A DNA stretch of 45,989 bases from a virus. Its lineage: Duplodnaviria > Caudoviricetes. Made by a program: the position numbers and the translations under genes. Positions 44,227-45,989 of this stretch are shown here, in pieces. The stretch spans positions 1-45,989 of IMG/VR virus record IMGVR_UViG_3300036805_000091. One strand, 5' to 3'. Within the stretch, counting starts at the first letter, position 1; each line of letters begins with the position of its first letter. The notes beneath the pieces were generated by a model. It made no database searches. It saw only the letters and a program-made list of their open reading frames with translations, and had not been told where the DNA came from.

Positions 44227-45764
44227 CACGCGCCACCCTGGGCCTGGCTGATGAGATGCCCGATGGTGTCGGTGGCCGCAGCGACGTTGCGCATCGGCTC
44301 GGCCGCCAGCTGCGCCGGGCTCTGGCCTCCTGCCGCCGCTGCGGACTGCGGAGGCGGGAACGTCTTGAGGTTGTCTTCGATCATGGCTGCGACCTTGTCC
44401 TGATCGAGGTTCAGGAACTGAGCAGCCTGCTCGACCAGCATGTCCACGAATCCGCTCGGCACCTGGATCGTCGGCGCCGTGGCCAGGCTCGTCAGCAGTG
44501 CGATCGCCCGGTCCGCTTCATCGCTGGTGATCTTCTCGAAAGTAAGCTGGGGAACCGTGGCGTCCGGCCCGAAGTTCAGTGCCACCAACGGGGCGATCAC
44601 CTGCGTGTTGATGCAGTCCGCCATCTCCTTGGCCACGGTTGCCCGGCTCTCCAGGAACAGGTCCATCGAGCCCTGATTCAGCGCGTTGCTGCCGCGTGCG
44701 CCGCCCGAGCCTGCCTGGCCACTCGCCTGCCGGGTCAGGTCCAGGAAGCCCGCCAGCACTGAATGCGTCATCGCCTGGTCCAGGTACCCGATCATGGCGT
44801 GATACTCACCGGCCCCGCTGCCCGACGTATTCAGCGTCTCGAACACCTTCAACGACGGGTCGTCGGGCCGCGTCACCGGCACCACGCCCGAGCCACGCAA
44901 CCGGGCGATGTTGGCTGCGTTCTTCGTCGCTTCGGTGCCGTCCCGGCCATAGGCGAGAACCTTCGGCAAGGCATTGACGTCGAGAAATGTGAACCACAGT
45001 TGCAGCACCCGCTGCTTGAGCACGTACGCCCAGTACGCCGGGTCCAGGCTGGAGATCCCGTCGATCGGGTCCCGGCGCTGCCCGTGCACATAGACGCAGG
45101 CGCGGTTCATCGGTATCTCCATATAGCCGTCCTTGGACAGCTGTTTGGCAGCCTGGGCGCTCATCGGCGACTGGTGCAACCCGAAGCTCATGTACTGCCG
45201 GAATCCCGCGATCTCGCCGCTCTTGATGTCCCGGACCAGCTCACAGCTCCCCGGCGGCCGCCAGGCCAGTTTCTTGTACTTGATCTTGCCGTCCGTGCCC
45301 TTTGTGAAAACTTTCTCAAAGTAAGATCGTTTGAACGCACAGGCTCCCGCCATCTGGGCGACGAAAGTCGACCAGGGGGTGTCCATGCCACCCGAGCTGC
45401 CTGGCTGCATGAGGTTATTCCGGACGAATGCAGCCTGGCCATCGTCGTCGTCCGGAGTCGGGATGGCGGCCGTGGCGCCGACCAGAGGCAACATCAGCGC
45501 CTCGAACACCTGATTGGCCTGTCCGTCCTGGCTCAGCATCTTGTTGATCTTGATGCTGTAGGCGCGTCCCGGCATGTCGATGACGCGCTCATAGCCGTTG
45601 TCGTCCCGGTCGATCCAGGTCCCGGTCGGCCAGTTGACCCAATCGAAGACACTGCCGACTTCCTGATCAAGGGTCGCCGGATCGATGTCCAGGTCAGTAG
45701 CCGGATTCGGCTCAGCCGGAGCCGACCCGCTGTCCGTCTGGAAGGACGGTCCCGGCATCGTCAC
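44226..45764 (-). CDS. Portal protein (Mu gp29/DUF935-like)
   Basis: 512 aa after terL; FEKVF, KLAWRP, AMTHSVLAGFL, IAPLVALNFG. Confidence 0.85.
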   Translation of the reverse strand: MTMPGPSFQTDSGSAPAEPNPATDLDIDPATLDQEVGSVFDWVNWPTGTWIDRDDNGYERVIDMPGRAYSIKINKMLSQDGQANQVFEALMLPLVGATAAIPTPDDDDGQAAFVRNNLMQPGSSGGMDTPWSTFVAQMAGACAFKRSYFEKVFTKGTDGKIKYKKLAWRPPGSCELVRDIKSGEIAGFRQYMSFGLHQSPMSAQAAKQLSKDGYMEIPMNRACVYVHGQRRDPIDGISSLDPAYWAYVLKQRVLQLWFTFLDVNALPKVLAYGRDGTEATKNAANIARLRGSGVVPVTRPDDPSLKVFETLNTSGSGAGEYHAMIGYLDQAMTHSVLAGFLDLTRQASGQAGSGGARGSNALNQGSMDLFLESRATVAKEMADCINTQVIAPLVALNFGPDATVPQLTFEKITSDEADRAIALLTSLATAPTIQVPSGFVDMLVEQAAQFLNLDQDKVAAMIEDNLKTFPPPQSAAAAGGQSPAQLAAEPMRNVAAATDTIGHLISQAQGGA

Positions 45765-45989
45765 GATGTACTCCAGTCGATCGATTCGTACATGTCCTGG
45801 CCCCAGTCATTCGATGTCTGTGGGATAGCTGGTGGCTCATCCGGTTCGGCATCCGGCGTCCAGGCAAAGACGTCAGTGCCAGGCTGGCCGTCTGTCCATT
45901 CGAAAGCGCGGGTGCCGTTGGCCGCTTCCTGATTGAACTCACGATCGGTCAGCAGCGTCTGCAGCACTGCGTCCGCGTGGTCAGTCGAC
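45761..45989 (-). CDS. terL: Terminase large subunit, C-terminal end
   Basis: In frame with 1..1518 through the terminal repeat; stop overlaps the portal start. Confidence 0.9.
   Translation of the reverse strand, partial: STDHADAVLQTLLTDREFNQEAANGTRAFEWTDGQPGTDVFAWTPDAEPDEPPAIPQTSNDWGQDMYESIDWSTS
45863..45989. repeat. 127-bp terminal direct repeat, right copy
   Basis: Identical to 1-127. Confidence 0.95.

Noticed and set aside
1-45989. tRNA, structured ncRNA, reverse transcriptase/DGR, intron or intein
   Set aside because: None recognised by eye; intergenic space is minimal and polA, terL and helicase are of normal length. A covariance-model search was not run

Overview
Apparently complete, circularly permuted genome of a high-GC tailed phage, very likely infecting an actinobacterium. 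Bases 1-127 are identical to 45863-45989, so the unit length is about 45,862 bp, and the large terminase gene reads across that junction. The minus strand carries packaging, head, tail and lysis genes (terL > portal > MuF-like > accessory head block > protease/scaffold > capsid > neck > long non-contractile tail with a -1 frameshifted chaperone > lysis). It also carries a primase-helicase, a resolvase, a symmetric iteron origin and an accessory block between terS and terL. The plus strand (10.8-19.2 kb) carries family A DNA polymerase, C5 methyltransferase, SF2 helicase, PD-(D/E)XK exonuclease and SSB. I found no integrase, partition genes, tRNA or CRISPR. Two signals stand out. (1) A block of modular proteins between MuF and the prohead protease (HEXXH peptidase plus a tiny coupled partner, a histone-H1-like Ala/Lys protein, a Zn-ribbon protein) has module junctions carrying the same [VI]-[ED]-L motif that recurs through the protease/scaffold, suggesting a protease-processed capsid cargo system. 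(2) A dispersed 17-bp palindrome CTTACCA-N3-TGGTAAG overlaps leaderless extended -10 promoters, including those of an XRE gene and of a three-peptide cassette inserted in the head operon. All product calls come from motif recognition and synteny by eye; no database search was run.
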